A stretch of DNA of 47,925 bases, taken from IMG/VR virus record IMGVR_UViG_3300026543_000024, positions 1-47,925 of that record; one strand, written 5' to 3'. Below are positions 6,704 to 16,772 of the stretch, one piece after another. The number at the start of each line of letters is the position of its first letter. Within the stretch, counting starts at the first letter, position 1. Origin of the DNA: a virus. Its lineage: Duplodnaviria; Caudoviricetes. A model generated the notes under the pieces. That model did not search any database. It was not told where the DNA came from and saw nothing but the letters and a program-made list of their open reading frames with translations. The translations under genes were made by a program, and so were the position numbers.

Positions 6704-8214
6704 GCGAAATGCCAGAACGCGTTGCACCGCTCACGTCTGCAGCTTCCTTAGAACTCTTGAACCTTGGAGCTGTAGATGGTGAGTTCTATTGTAGGCAATG
6801 GTTTCCCAGAGCGGCACGCCAACATTCTCCTGACTTCCACGTGGAGATATGGGAGGCGCTTGAGGGCGGGCATCGGTATGCCTCGGTAGAAGTATTCAGA
6901 GGTGGTGGAAAAACAACGCTTTTGAGAATGTTTACCTCGAAACGTGTTGCTTATGGTACATCTCGTACCATCATGTATGTGTCGGAGACACAAGATCATG
7001 CGAAGCGTTCAGTACGTTGGTTACGCCGTCAGATACTGTTTAATCGACCTTGGGCTAATTTCTTTAAGTTATCACTGGGGACGAAAAAGACAGATGAGTG
7101 GCTTGAGATAGTTCATGGAATTGAGGAAGAACCTATTACCATACTGGCGGTAGGTATGACTGGTCAGACGCGGGGAATAAATCTTGATGATTGGCGTCCT
7201 GATCTTATAATCGTAGATGATCCTTGCGATGAGGAGAACACTAGTACTGAGGAACAACGTCAGAAACTACACAAGCTCTTCTTTGGTGCGCTTGCTAAGT
7301 CGTTAGCTCCGCCGATAGATTCAGCTAATGCGCTGATGTGCTTGCTTCAAACGCCTTTGAATGAGTTCGATCTCGTTTCTGAGTGCCGTAAGGCTAAGCA
7401 ATGGTTTTCGCTTACCTATGGTTGCTTTAACGCAGTAGGAAAGTCTCGTTGGGAGGAGCGTTATCCCACCCAGTTCCTCCTTGATGAGAAGCAAGCTCAT
7501 ATTGAAGCGAATGACCTCCCTCTTTGGTACGCGGAAATGGAGTGCCGGATTATTGCTGAAGCCACTTCGTCGTTTAGACAGAAGTGGCTCAAAGAATACC
7601 CTGAAGGAATGGATTGTCGTGATATGTTAAACGAGGGTGGTCAAGCTTTTCTTTGGATTGACCCAGTTCCACCGCCATCTGAACGCCAATTGGCTCGTGG
7701 ACTTCAGGGGAAAGACTATGAGGTACTTGCTGTTGTAATTAAGTTTAAGGGAGCAATTTATCTCGCCGAATATGCTGAGAAAAGGGGACATGAGCCTGAC
7801 TGGACAATCATGGAGTTTTGGAGACTTGTAAATACGTATCGAGTGCTTCAGTTTGGAGTTGAGGTACGTGGCTATCAGCGTACTTTGAAATGGCTGATTG
7901 AACAGTCTATGATTAAGCATGGTCGGTATATTCAGGTGTATGTACATGATAAGGAGGATAATCGCAAGAAATCTTATAGAATCATCGATTCTCTGAAGGG
8001 GATTTGTTCACAGGGTCAGTTTTATGTGCGCTTCTCCGAACACGCTAGATTCATTGAGCAATATACGGCGTATCCTGCTGTAGTTCATGATGATGTTATA
8101 GAGGCGGTTGCAGAGGCAACTCGAATCGCACAGGAATACCTAACACTTGAAGGTACATATGATCGTTACGACGATGATGAGCCTGCACAAAAATTGATTG
8201 GAGCCTGTCCATGA
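6700..8214 (+). CDS. terL: Terminase large subunit
   Basis: Walker A FRGGGKTT, Walker B LIIVDD, nuclease WIDP and HDDVIEA; ATG 6700 overlaps the previous stop. Confidence 0.93.
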   Translation: MSEMPERVAPLTSAASLELLNLGAVDGEFYCRQWFPRAARQHSPDFHVEIWEALEGGHRYASVEVFRGGGKTTLLRMFTSKRVAYGTSRTIMYVSETQDHAKRSVRWLRRQILFNRPWANFFKLSLGTKKTDEWLEIVHGIEEEPITILAVGMTGQTRGINLDDWRPDLIIVDDPCDEENTSTEEQRQKLHKLFFGALAKSLAPPIDSANALMCLLQTPLNEFDLVSECRKAKQWFSLTYGCFNAVGKSRWEERYPTQFLLDEKQAHIEANDLPLWYAEMECRIIAEATSSFRQKWLKEYPEGMDCRDMLNEGGQAFLWIDPVPPPSERQLARGLQGKDYEVLAVVIKFKGAIYLAEYAEKRGHEPDWTIMEFWRLVNTYRVLQFGVEVRGYQRTLKWLIEQSMIKHGRYIQVYVHDKEDNRKKSYRIIDSLKGICSQGQFYVRFSEHARFIEQYTAYPAVVHDDVIEAVAEATRIAQEYLTLEGTYDRYDDDEPAQKLIGACP

Positions 8215-10220
8215 ACATCTCGATTCCTTATAATAAAGATTTACATAAGAAGGTTGAAGAAGCCTTACGCAATAGGAAGCGTATGTGGAATAAGGCTACT
8301 TCAAATCGCCGCAGAAAGTGGGCTCGCGATCTGGAGAACTATCAATCGTTTATCCATGAATCTCAGGATGATAAAGATCGAAAGACTACGGCTAAGAATA
8401 CTGGAAAGCAGGAATATACGCAAATTGAGGTTCCATACTCATATGGCCTGATTATGGCCTTTCATACATATCTTGCTTCAGTGTTTCTTGCGCGAATCCC
8501 AGTGTTGCAGTATCAAGAGCGTCATGGAGCTGCTGAAACGTCTGTGCAGGCAATTGAGGCTGTTATGGATTATCAGACCTCGATTGGAAAGCATCTGGTA
8601 CCTTATTATATTTGGTTAATGGACGCTACCAAGCATGGTGTTGGCGTTGTTGGAATGTTCTGGGAGAATGAAATTGTGCGAGTTTCTCAGATTGTATCTG
8701 AAGCTCCTTCTTTCGGTCCATTTAAAATACCTGGTGCTTCAGCACGAAAGGTTAAGAGAACCATTGAACTTCCAGGGTATAAAGGGAATCACCTTTATAA
8801 CATCAGACCTCAAGACTTTATCTTTGATACTCGGGTCTCGTTAGCTGACTTTCAGACAGGAGAGTTTGCAGGTCGCTTATTGGACATGAGTTGGCTTGAT
8901 ATTATGGATGGTAAAGAGAAGGGTATCTATATGAATATAGATAATCTAAAAGAGAAGGCTGGGGACCGTCGAGGTGACCATGATGAACATCGTGATCGTG
9001 ATGAGCAAGTTATTGAGTTGCCAGATCGTGCTCAGGGTAGTCATCCAGGGGTAGATACTTCAGTGTTTGATATACCACAGACTGGACGCCTTGAGGGATA
9101 CGAGATGATAGTCCGTCTTGTACCGAAGAATTGGAAGCTTGGAAAGGGTAAGAGTACTGAGAAGTGGGTTTTCACTGTAATTAGTGGAGTTATCATACGC
9201 GCACAGCCGCTTGGTGAACTTCATGACAAATTTCCTTTCAATGTGTTGGAAACAGAGATCGATGGGTATGCATTATTTAAGCGATCCATGATGGAGATAG
9301 CTGAGCCTCTTAATGAAGTGGTATCGTGGCTTATAAATACGCATTTCTTCGGTGTTCGGTCAGCATTAAATAATATGTTCGTTGCTGATCCATCTCGAGT
9401 GCGTACAAAGGATATACGAGACCCAGATCAAGGATTGCTTATCAGAATGCGACCTGAAGCGTATGGTCAGCCAATTGGTAATTTTATTCAACAATTTAAG
9501 GTGACTGATGTAACTCAGAATCATATACGCGATATAGATGTTATAGCTCGCCTTATGCAGCAGACTCTTGGCGTAAATGAGCAATTAATGGGAATGCTGC
9601 AGGATGGAGGTCGGAGAACCGCTACTGAAGTGCGTGGAGGTGTTGGATTTTCAATGAACCGCCTTAAAACGCAAGCTGAGTACATGAGTGCCCTTGGATT
9701 TGCGCCACAATCTCAGATGATGGTTCAATCGACACAACAGCACTTAGATATTGAAAGATACTATAAACTTACCGGTGATTTGCAGCCAGGGTCAGAACAA
9801 GGTATTATGGTTAGTCCTGAGAATATTACGGGATTTTTCGATTATATACCTGTAGATGGGACTATGCCGGTAGATAAGCTTGCATTAGCGAACCTTTGGA
9901 AGGAATTAATGCTAGGGGTAGCTGGAAGTGAGGAATTAATGCAGCAATATGATATAGGTAAGATTTTTGCGTATACTGCGCAATTAAGTGGGGCTAAGAA
10001 TATTAGCCGTTTTAAAGTGCAACTGACTCCAGATGAGCAGATTGCGCGTGATCGAGTTGCAGGAAACATAATACCTGCAGGAGAAGCAGCAAATGCCAGA
10101 GGAAATGTCAGCACAGAGTCTTTTGGGTCCCCTAGAGGAATTGACGGGGGACGACTTGAGGATCAAGCAGCAAGGGTTAATGACCCTAAGCAACTCACAG
10201 GGGTGGGACCTCTATCGTAG
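8211..10220 (+). CDS. Portal protein
   Basis: 669 aa directly after terL; RRTATEV motif and helical composition typical of podovirus portals. Confidence 0.88.
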   Translation: MNISIPYNKDLHKKVEEALRNRKRMWNKATSNRRRKWARDLENYQSFIHESQDDKDRKTTAKNTGKQEYTQIEVPYSYGLIMAFHTYLASVFLARIPVLQYQERHGAAETSVQAIEAVMDYQTSIGKHLVPYYIWLMDATKHGVGVVGMFWENEIVRVSQIVSEAPSFGPFKIPGASARKVKRTIELPGYKGNHLYNIRPQDFIFDTRVSLADFQTGEFAGRLLDMSWLDIMDGKEKGIYMNIDNLKEKAGDRRGDHDEHRDRDEQVIELPDRAQGSHPGVDTSVFDIPQTGRLEGYEMIVRLVPKNWKLGKGKSTEKWVFTVISGVIIRAQPLGELHDKFPFNVLETEIDGYALFKRSMMEIAEPLNEVVSWLINTHFFGVRSALNNMFVADPSRVRTKDIRDPDQGLLIRMRPEAYGQPIGNFIQQFKVTDVTQNHIRDIDVIARLMQQTLGVNEQLMGMLQDGGRRTATEVRGGVGFSMNRLKTQAEYMSALGFAPQSQMMVQSTQQHLDIERYYKLTGDLQPGSEQGIMVSPENITGFFDYIPVDGTMPVDKLALANLWKELMLGVAGSEELMQQYDIGKIFAYTAQLSGAKNISRFKVQLTPDEQIARDRVAGNIIPAGEAANARGNVSTESFGSPRGIDGGRLEDQAARVNDPKQLTGVGPLS

Positions 10221-10425
10221 TGTACTTATGGCTCAGATAGAGGGTCGAAAGAATAGTTGTTTCTTTACACCTTGTGCGGGGGTGGATGCTACACTGTCTC
10301 AAGAGTTCATGAAGGGTGAGGGTTCTGGTATATATCAGACTTGTACTCTTTTAGAGCTTCTCATCGAAGCGTTAGATGAGGAGATTAATTCACGTAAAAC
10401 GGAAGAAAATGAAGAGGATGCTTGA
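10093..10425 (+). CDS. Small head-associated hypothetical protein
   Basis: GGAG RBS at 10080; between portal and scaffold; overlaps the portal 3' end by 128 nt. Confidence 0.7.
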   Translation: MPEEMSAQSLLGPLEELTGDDLRIKQQGLMTLSNSQGWDLYRSVLMAQIEGRKNSCFFTPCAGVDATLSQEFMKGEGSGIYQTCTLLELLIEALDEEINSRKTEENEEDA

Positions 10426-11492
10426 CAACTATGAATATTCGTAATATAACGCACGTGTACCGCGAAGAAGCGGGAGAGGGTAAAGATGGTTCGGCTGGTG
10501 CGCCAGTTGAAACACCACCTGTAGAGACTCCACCTGTGGCTGTAACGCCTCCTGTGGAAACTTCACCAGCGGTTGAAACACCGCTCGTGGAGACTCCTCC
10601 AGTTGAACCTGTTACCTCTCCTGTTGATGACGGGACTGCCGATCACATCCCCGAAGTGAACCTTTGGGACGCCCTGTCTAAAGATACGGACGATGATGAT
10701 GATTTACCAGAGGAAGTTGTTTCGCCTACGCCGGACCCTGAGGTAACCCCTCAGCCTCCCGCGCCTGGTGAGCCACCTGCCCCCGCTGAACCTCCAGCTG
10801 TGGAAACTCCTACTGTGGAACCTGTTGTTCCTCCGGTGGAGACGCCTCCATCACCTGTAGCGCAGCCGACACCCGTAACACCTGAGCCTCCAGTAACACC
10901 GGAGCCCTCCGCAGAAGAAACCGCGGCAGCCAATTTAAAGGTGCGCGAGGAATTTCAGGACAAGATAGCTAAGCACTATGAAATGTCCGAAGTGGAGTCT
11001 CTACAGTTACTGTCTGATCCAGGGACTTTTCTGCCTAAGTATCAGGCGCGTATGTGGACAGATATGTGGTATGCAATGCAGACCCTTATGTCAAACTCCA
11101 TGCCTAGTCTTATCCAGTCAAATCTCAGGGAAGTGGAAGATCAACAGACTTATGTCAAAGAGTTTTTCACGGCTTGGCCAAAATTGAATCAGAAGGAACA
11201 TGGGAAAACTGTATCTGATGTAGCTAAGGTATATTCTCAGGTTAATCCATCTGCTTCAACGGAGGAGGTTACAAAGTTTGTTGGTATGCAGGTAATGTTA
11301 CATCATGGTATTGCACCTGACCTTGTTCCAGTAGAAACACCGCCTGGAGCGCCAACAGCCCCAGTGACTCCTCCGGCCAGTCCTCCCTATCAGCCAGCAG
11401 CCGTTAATGCCGCACCAGCGGCACAGCAGTTGGACTCTGATAATTTGTATACAGCATTTGCTGAAGAGATGTTAGAGGACGATTTAAAATAA
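10422..11492 (+). CDS. Capsid scaffolding protein
   Basis: Acidic and Pro-rich with VETPP repeats; immediately upstream of the capsid gene. Confidence 0.75.
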   Translation: MTTMNIRNITHVYREEAGEGKDGSAGAPVETPPVETPPVAVTPPVETSPAVETPLVETPPVEPVTSPVDDGTADHIPEVNLWDALSKDTDDDDDLPEEVVSPTPDPEVTPQPPAPGEPPAPAEPPAVETPTVEPVVPPVETPPSPVAQPTPVTPEPPVTPEPSAEETAAANLKVREEFQDKIAKHYEMSEVESLQLLSDPGTFLPKYQARMWTDMWYAMQTLMSNSMPSLIQSNLREVEDQQTYVKEFFTAWPKLNQKEHGKTVSDVAKVYSQVNPSASTEEVTKFVGMQVMLHHGIAPDLVPVETPPGAPTAPVTPPASPPYQPAAVNAAPAAQQLDSDNLYTAFAEEMLEDDLK

Positions 11493-11510
11493 ACTCTTTG
11501 GAGATGTAAG

Positions 11511-12689
11511 ATGGCTTTTGCAGGCTTACGTGGCACCGGAGACTGGGGCGTAGACGAACGGCCTAAGAATTTTCGTGAGATGATTCTTTGGCGCAATCCA
11601 AACGGCCAAGCTCCTTTGACAGCCCTAATGTCAAAAATGAAAACTGAGAAAACCGACGATCCGGAATTTTCTTGGTGGGAAGAACAACTGGACGTTGTTC
11701 GAGTGGTAGTTGTAGGTGCGCAAACTTCAGGTGATACTGCAATGGAGGTTGTTTCTGGTGGCTTTAAATTGGTTATCGGCGATTTACTCCTGGTATCTAA
11801 AACAGAAGTTGCAGCTTACGATAACGAGCTAATTGAGGTGGGTGCAGTTGCAAGTGATACCGCCTTTACAATTGTTCGTGGTGCAGCCGGTTCAACTGCA
11901 GCTGCGATGGCTGGTGGTGAAACGCTTACCAAGATTGGTAACGTGTTTGCTGAAGGTACAGTCTCACCTACCGTCACTAACGAAAACCCTGTTAAACTCA
12001 AGAACTTCGCTCAGATTTTCAAGACAGCGTATGAGTTGACCGGTACTGTTCAAGTGACTCGTGCACGGACTGGTGATCCGCTGAAGAACGATAAGAAGCG
12101 GAAGATGTTTGCCCATTCGGTTGCCTTGGAAATGGCGTATCTGTTCGGTAAGAACTTTGAAACAACTGGTGCTAATGGTAAGCCTAAGCGTTATCTTGGT
12201 GGACTTCGTGAGTTCATTGTGACCAATGCGAAGGTGTTTACTGTAGCCGCTACCGAAGATACATTCCTGGATGATACCTTCAAAGTCTTTGACTACGATT
12301 CCGGTACTACAGGAAATGAGCGTCTGGTCTTTGCGGGTAATGGATACCTGAATAATCTGAATAAACTTGCTAAGAACTCCAGCTCGACTCGGATCAACTT
12401 TGACAGTGTTGTCAGGGTGTTCGGTATGGAATTGCAGCGTTGGATACTACCGCAGGGTACCTTCTTCATTCGGTCTCATCCGCTGATGAATACGCACAAC
12501 ATTTACACCGACAGTGCGTTCTTCATTGATCCAAGCTCGATTGTCTATCGTCCGCTTCGCGACACTAAGCCTGAAGATAATATTCAGGCAAATGATGCGG
12601 ATACCCGGAAGGGTCAGTGGTTTACCGAGGCTGGTATTGAGGTTCGCCATGAAGGTACAATGGCGTATCACGGTAACTTTCTGATATAA
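11511..12689 (+). CDS. Major capsid protein (SU10/DUF5309-like)
   Basis: GGAG RBS; EFSWWEE, NFAQIFKT, E...LFG and GGLREFI motifs; position. Confidence 0.9.
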   Translation: MAFAGLRGTGDWGVDERPKNFREMILWRNPNGQAPLTALMSKMKTEKTDDPEFSWWEEQLDVVRVVVVGAQTSGDTAMEVVSGGFKLVIGDLLLVSKTEVAAYDNELIEVGAVASDTAFTIVRGAAGSTAAAMAGGETLTKIGNVFAEGTVSPTVTNENPVKLKNFAQIFKTAYELTGTVQVTRARTGDPLKNDKKRKMFAHSVALEMAYLFGKNFETTGANGKPKRYLGGLREFIVTNAKVFTVAATEDTFLDDTFKVFDYDSGTTGNERLVFAGNGYLNNLNKLAKNSSSTRINFDSVVRVFGMELQRWILPQGTFFIRSHPLMNTHNIYTDSAFFIDPSSIVYRPLRDTKPEDNIQANDADTRKGQWFTEAGIEVRHEGTMAYHGNFLI

Positions 12690-12701
12690 TAATAAGGTTG
12701 T

Positions 12702-12722
12702 GGGGGGTGTCTTTTCACCCCC
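12702..12722 (+). terminator. GC hairpin after the capsid gene
   Basis: GGGGGTG/CACCCCC stem; no strong U-tract. Confidence 0.45.
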
Positions 12723-12746
12723 TGTCTACCTCTCGAGGATATTGAT

Positions 12747-13100
12747 ATGCCTGTGGAATTACGGAAGACGCTGCACACCTTGCTTAATGTTACGGCGTCA
12801 GGCGAAGGCGTTTTTGTTCGTTCGGTTGAGTCGCAAGAACTCATCTCATCGGAAGCTGAGTTTTATGTGGACGTTACGGCGATTGCAGGTACTGCGCCTA
12901 CAGCACTCTTTTCTATTGTTGCCTTGATTGGGACTGTGGAATTTGAGGTTGCAACCACCATTGCTTTGACTACTACAGGTTTAGTTAAGTTTACCAATAC
13001 ATCTGGCCTTAAAATCTTTCCTGATAGCCTTAAGGTATTGTTTACCTTGGGGGGTACGGTTACAGATCTGGATGCGGTAATTTATGCAGTAAGGATGTAA
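12747..13100 (+). CDS. Putative capsid decoration or beta-sandwich virion protein
   Basis: GAGGA RBS; beta-rich, follows the capsid gene. Confidence 0.55.
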   Translation: MPVELRKTLHTLLNVTASGEGVFVRSVESQELISSEAEFYVDVTAIAGTAPTALFSIVALIGTVEFEVATTIALTTTGLVKFTNTSGLKIFPDSLKVLFTLGGTVTDLDAVIYAVRM

Positions 13101-13101
13101 T

Positions 13102-13380
13102 ATGACACTCCATGAAACCTTTGAGATTGATCTTCCTCCGATACAACCTGAAACGGTATCATCAGAGGTTCACAGTATCTTTCTTCCTATCAGTAAAGAA
13201 CTTGCTGAAGCGCTTGATATTGATGAGCGTGTTAGCATAAGTGCTACTGGTATCGTGAAGGAATTAAGTGCAGGGTATACAGATCATATAGATGATTATT
13301 CGCTTCGTCTGGATATTAAACGCGTTACAGTAGATAGGGAAACTATATTCGAAAAGCTGTCAAGAGATGATGATGACTGA
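13102..13380 (+). CDS. Small acidic putative head protein
   Basis: ORF in the tightly packed head operon. Confidence 0.6.
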   Translation: MTLHETFEIDLPPIQPETVSSEVHSIFLPISKELAEALDIDERVSISATGIVKELSAGYTDHIDDYSLRLDIKRVTVDRETIFEKLSRDDDD

Positions 13381-13667
13381 TGGCTCTTTATATCATACAC
13401 AAGAGGAATCCTTATTTTAAACCTGGAGTTGTTATTGAGTTATTAGAGGATGGATTTCAGGAATGTATCCTTAAGGAAAATAAGGAAACTGGAAATCTTG
13501 ATCCTATTACGCATACAGGATTAATTCATGCTGAGGAACTGATTATGCCTTTCTGCATGAAGATGCTTAGTTGGGGCTTTGATGATCCAAAGCTTCGGCG
13601 TAAGGTAGGGAAGGGAAGTACAGCGCCTGATGGTGTGACTCCCGATGAGCTTAAAGAGTTCTTGTGA
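13380..13667 (+). CDS. Hypothetical protein
   Basis: Coupled start and stop codons. Confidence 0.7.
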   Translation: MALYIIHKRNPYFKPGVVIELLEDGFQECILKENKETGNLDPITHTGLIHAEELIMPFCMKMLSWGFDDPKLRRKVGKGSTAPDGVTPDELKEFL

Positions 13668-13969
13668 GTGCAAAAATTTTAATCGATGGCAGGGATGAAT
13701 CGGTACAACTTGCAGGTGAGGCTTCCGCTTGGGTTGGGGAGATGCCTCAATATGCTAAGCGAGTGGAAATTCGGACTGTAGGTTCGATAACGACTATTTA
13801 TAAAGCTTGGGCAGACTATGGAAGTACAGAAGCTGCTCAATCTTGGATGATAGTTAAGATTACTTTAGATACAACGACAGAACTGGATGTTGTAGAAGGT
13901 ATTGCAGGTGGTTCTGTTAATTTATTTATCTTTACTTGGACAGGGCGGGCAGCTCATAGCTACTCATGA
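13664..13969 (+). CDS. Putative virion structural protein
   Basis: A..G.......W.I.KI...F.W..R...SYS pattern seen in phage virion proteins. Confidence 0.6.
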   Translation: MSAKILIDGRDESVQLAGEASAWVGEMPQYAKRVEIRTVGSITTIYKAWADYGSTEAAQSWMIVKITLDTTTELDVVEGIAGGSVNLFIFTWTGRAAHSYS

Positions 13970-14271
13970 CTATTGATTTAAAGAAGGCTCATCCCGTTAT
14001 ACAGTGGGGATTGCTTATCGCTGCTATTGGACTTGGCGGTAAGGCTATGTATGCTGCTAATAATGTTGAGAATCTTGCCCTTGCAAACGAGAAGGATATT
14101 TTTTATGAAAGGGAAATTCGTGTAGTATCAGCTGTAACACTTGAGAAAAATCTTGATGAATTGAAAGAAGCTGTTGATAAGTTCAAGCAAGAATTAAAGA
14201 GCGAGACTGGTGAAATTAAAGCTCTTTTAAACCAAATTTTATTACAAAGGGTGGCTAGTCCATCTGATTAG
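13966..14271 (+). CDS. Membrane-anchored coiled-coil protein
   Basis: N-terminal hydrophobic helix WGLLIAAIGLGG followed by a coiled coil. Confidence 0.6.
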   Translation: MTIDLKKAHPVIQWGLLIAAIGLGGKAMYAANNVENLALANEKDIFYEREIRVVSAVTLEKNLDELKEAVDKFKQELKSETGEIKALLNQILLQRVASPSD

Positions 14272-14282
14272 AGGAAAGAACA

Positions 14283-16772
14283 ATGGCAGCAATAGTAGTA
14301 GGTGACGTCTCGATTAATGCGGCAGGTGATATTCGCTGGACAGGTGCAGCAACTACTCCAAGGCATTCCATATTAGAGTTTATCCAATTTCTGATGGATA
14401 AACAAGATGATGGTCAGGCTGTTGGAGATGATTTGCTGGACATTACAGTGGATACCGCGTATGACCGATCTACTGATCAAATTCTCAAGTTAAATTCACC
14501 TTTTAATATCGATGATACGTTTGCAACCCACTTATTTGATGGGTCAGTATCACAAACCGAACCTGTGGTATTAGGGGAAACTATCTACTCAGGTATAAAT
14601 ATAATTGGGCCTGTAGAGACAGGAACTGAGTATATGATTATTCAGGATGGTAAAGTACTTCCAGCTTTCTGGGGTACGGGTATCAACCCGGAAGCTGCAC
14701 CATCCCTGGTATTCTCAAGTCACCTAGTAAGATCAAAGTTTGCTGGTGCCGACATAGATGGTCAGAGAGTCACAGTACTAGCTAGAGAACTAGGAGACCA
14801 GTACAGACGGTTCCCTGCTACTCTTGGTACTGGTAACTCAGTTGCCGCGATCGGTAATGGCCCCGATATTTTTAACACTACAGTAGATACAACTATTGCT
14901 GGTTGGACTACTATTACCAATGTAGAGGGCTTTCAAGAGATTGATATTGATGGTACTGGTGCGGCGGGTCAGGAGTTTTACTCACAATGGAATATTGGTG
15001 TACAGTCAGTTAACGATACATACGAGAGATCAAAGTGGATTACACAGCGTTCTCATACTGCTGATCTAACTGGTGGTACACCTACTGGTGCTGATTTTGT
15101 TATAGACAATGCAACCATTGTAGGACAAGGTCAGTCTTTCATTCCGTTATCTGCAAGCGAGAAGTTAACTGAAGTAAAAGCTAAGATTAAGATTTTAGCT
15201 GGTACACCTACAGGTACAATTTATTGTGAACTATGGGACTCGGATGATGTAGCCGCGCAACTCGCAGAACCTACTGGTGGTGCTCTGGCTAGATCAGAGC
15301 CTATACTAGCATCTGCTATTACAAGCACATACGAAGATGTAATATTTAGGTTTAACAAACGTAATCCTAGTACAGGAGCAGACCAGATTGCCGGTTTGAC
15401 TCTGGCTAATGCTGAGTACTTCGCAGTCTTCCGAAACTTGGAAGGTACTGCTGGTAACAACTTTTCATTAGAGGGTGCTTCTACAGACCAAGACTCAACT
15501 ATGAACCAAGCTGATGACACAGCCGCAGTATGGACAGCATCAGCTACAGATGATATTAATATCACTGTCAAGTCATCTCCGGTCATTCATGATGTACCAG
15601 GTGAGTTCTTTCAGGGAATTAATATTGAGGTTGGTTTTGATGGAGAGATAGGTGCAGGTATTGTTGAGAATGATATTATAACTTGGGGTACTAAGATTAC
15701 TTATGATGCTCTAGTCTCCGGGCCGTTTGTTGCTGGAGAGTACATACAGATTTTTGTAGGAGCAACCTCAGTACTCAGATCAGGTGCTAAGGTTCTATTC
15801 GATGATGCTGTAGCTGAGATCGTAGTAGCACTCGACACATTGAGTGTTATTTTAGATAATGATACAATTAGTACAGTTAGAGGAGCAGCCGAAACTACAG
15901 CAACTATCAATGTAACTATTGTAGACTTTGATAAGTCTGGTGGTGAGGGTATTATACTAGCTAAGGATGACAACGGTGCAACAGGTGAGGTTTATCTACA
16001 GGTACTCTCAGGGGCTAACCCAGTAAACAATAACGTATTACGTACGGATGATGTTACTGCTGATCCTCTGCTTGATTTGGCCTTAGCTACTACCACACTT
16101 AACACTAGAACAGTAAGCCCAGAGTATTTAGGAACCTCTACAGGTACTAACATAATTGGTGCTTATGGTTTAGGCTTTGAGCTTTCAGATGTTGGAGCAT
16201 CCGACCGTTTTACTGACTTGGCTAACGCCTCAAGAGTACCACCGAATAACGTCACATTCACAGTCTCTGGACTGGTGAGTGGAGAAGATAGAGTTCTGGT
16301 TGGGCCTCGTACAGGCATCTTACTTAACAGAGCTCAGATGGCTACTGACGTCACACTAAGCGCTGTAACAGAAACACTAGTACAGACTTCTGCTGTGGTG
16401 CCTGCTGGTACTCCTACAAGCGGAACTGGTGCTGATTCTACTCGCTTGCGTGTGGAACTAGACACTGGTATCTACCGAAGGATACAGTATGATTCCTTTG
16501 CAGTCAATGACTTTACTATCACAGTAGGGCCTGATGATGACTGGTCTGGTATTAATGTATCGACTCAACCTAAGGATGTATTCGTAGCTTACATAGATAA
16601 ACTAGCTGCTGCTACTAGTGAGTCTTATACAGCAGTTCATACTATTAATGTAGACTTACTTGTAAGAGTGAGGGATGGTGGGGCAACACCTATAAAGACC
16701 TTTGAGGCACAAGCAGCACAATTCTTGTCCACGCCAGTAACAGTGGCGGCAGTTAGAACGAGTGATGCGTAG
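14283..16772 (+). CDS. Large acidic beta-rich virion structural protein (829 aa)
   Basis: GAGGA RBS; Thr/Gly/Asp-rich; ends VRVRDGG.TPIKTF...RTSDA. Confidence 0.7.
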   Translation: MAAIVVGDVSINAAGDIRWTGAATTPRHSILEFIQFLMDKQDDGQAVGDDLLDITVDTAYDRSTDQILKLNSPFNIDDTFATHLFDGSVSQTEPVVLGETIYSGINIIGPVETGTEYMIIQDGKVLPAFWGTGINPEAAPSLVFSSHLVRSKFAGADIDGQRVTVLARELGDQYRRFPATLGTGNSVAAIGNGPDIFNTTVDTTIAGWTTITNVEGFQEIDIDGTGAAGQEFYSQWNIGVQSVNDTYERSKWITQRSHTADLTGGTPTGADFVIDNATIVGQGQSFIPLSASEKLTEVKAKIKILAGTPTGTIYCELWDSDDVAAQLAEPTGGALARSEPILASAITSTYEDVIFRFNKRNPSTGADQIAGLTLANAEYFAVFRNLEGTAGNNFSLEGASTDQDSTMNQADDTAAVWTASATDDINITVKSSPVIHDVPGEFFQGINIEVGFDGEIGAGIVENDIITWGTKITYDALVSGPFVAGEYIQIFVGATSVLRSGAKVLFDDAVAEIVVALDTLSVILDNDTISTVRGAAETTATINVTIVDFDKSGGEGIILAKDDNGATGEVYLQVLSGANPVNNNVLRTDDVTADPLLDLALATTTLNTRTVSPEYLGTSTGTNIIGAYGLGFELSDVGASDRFTDLANASRVPPNNVTFTVSGLVSGEDRVLVGPRTGILLNRAQMATDVTLSAVTETLVQTSAVVPAGTPTSGTGADSTRLRVELDTGIYRRIQYDSFAVNDFTITVGPDDDWSGINVSTQPKDVFVAYIDKLAAATSESYTAVHTINVDLLVRVRDGGATPIKTFEAQAAQFLSTPVTVAAVRTSDA

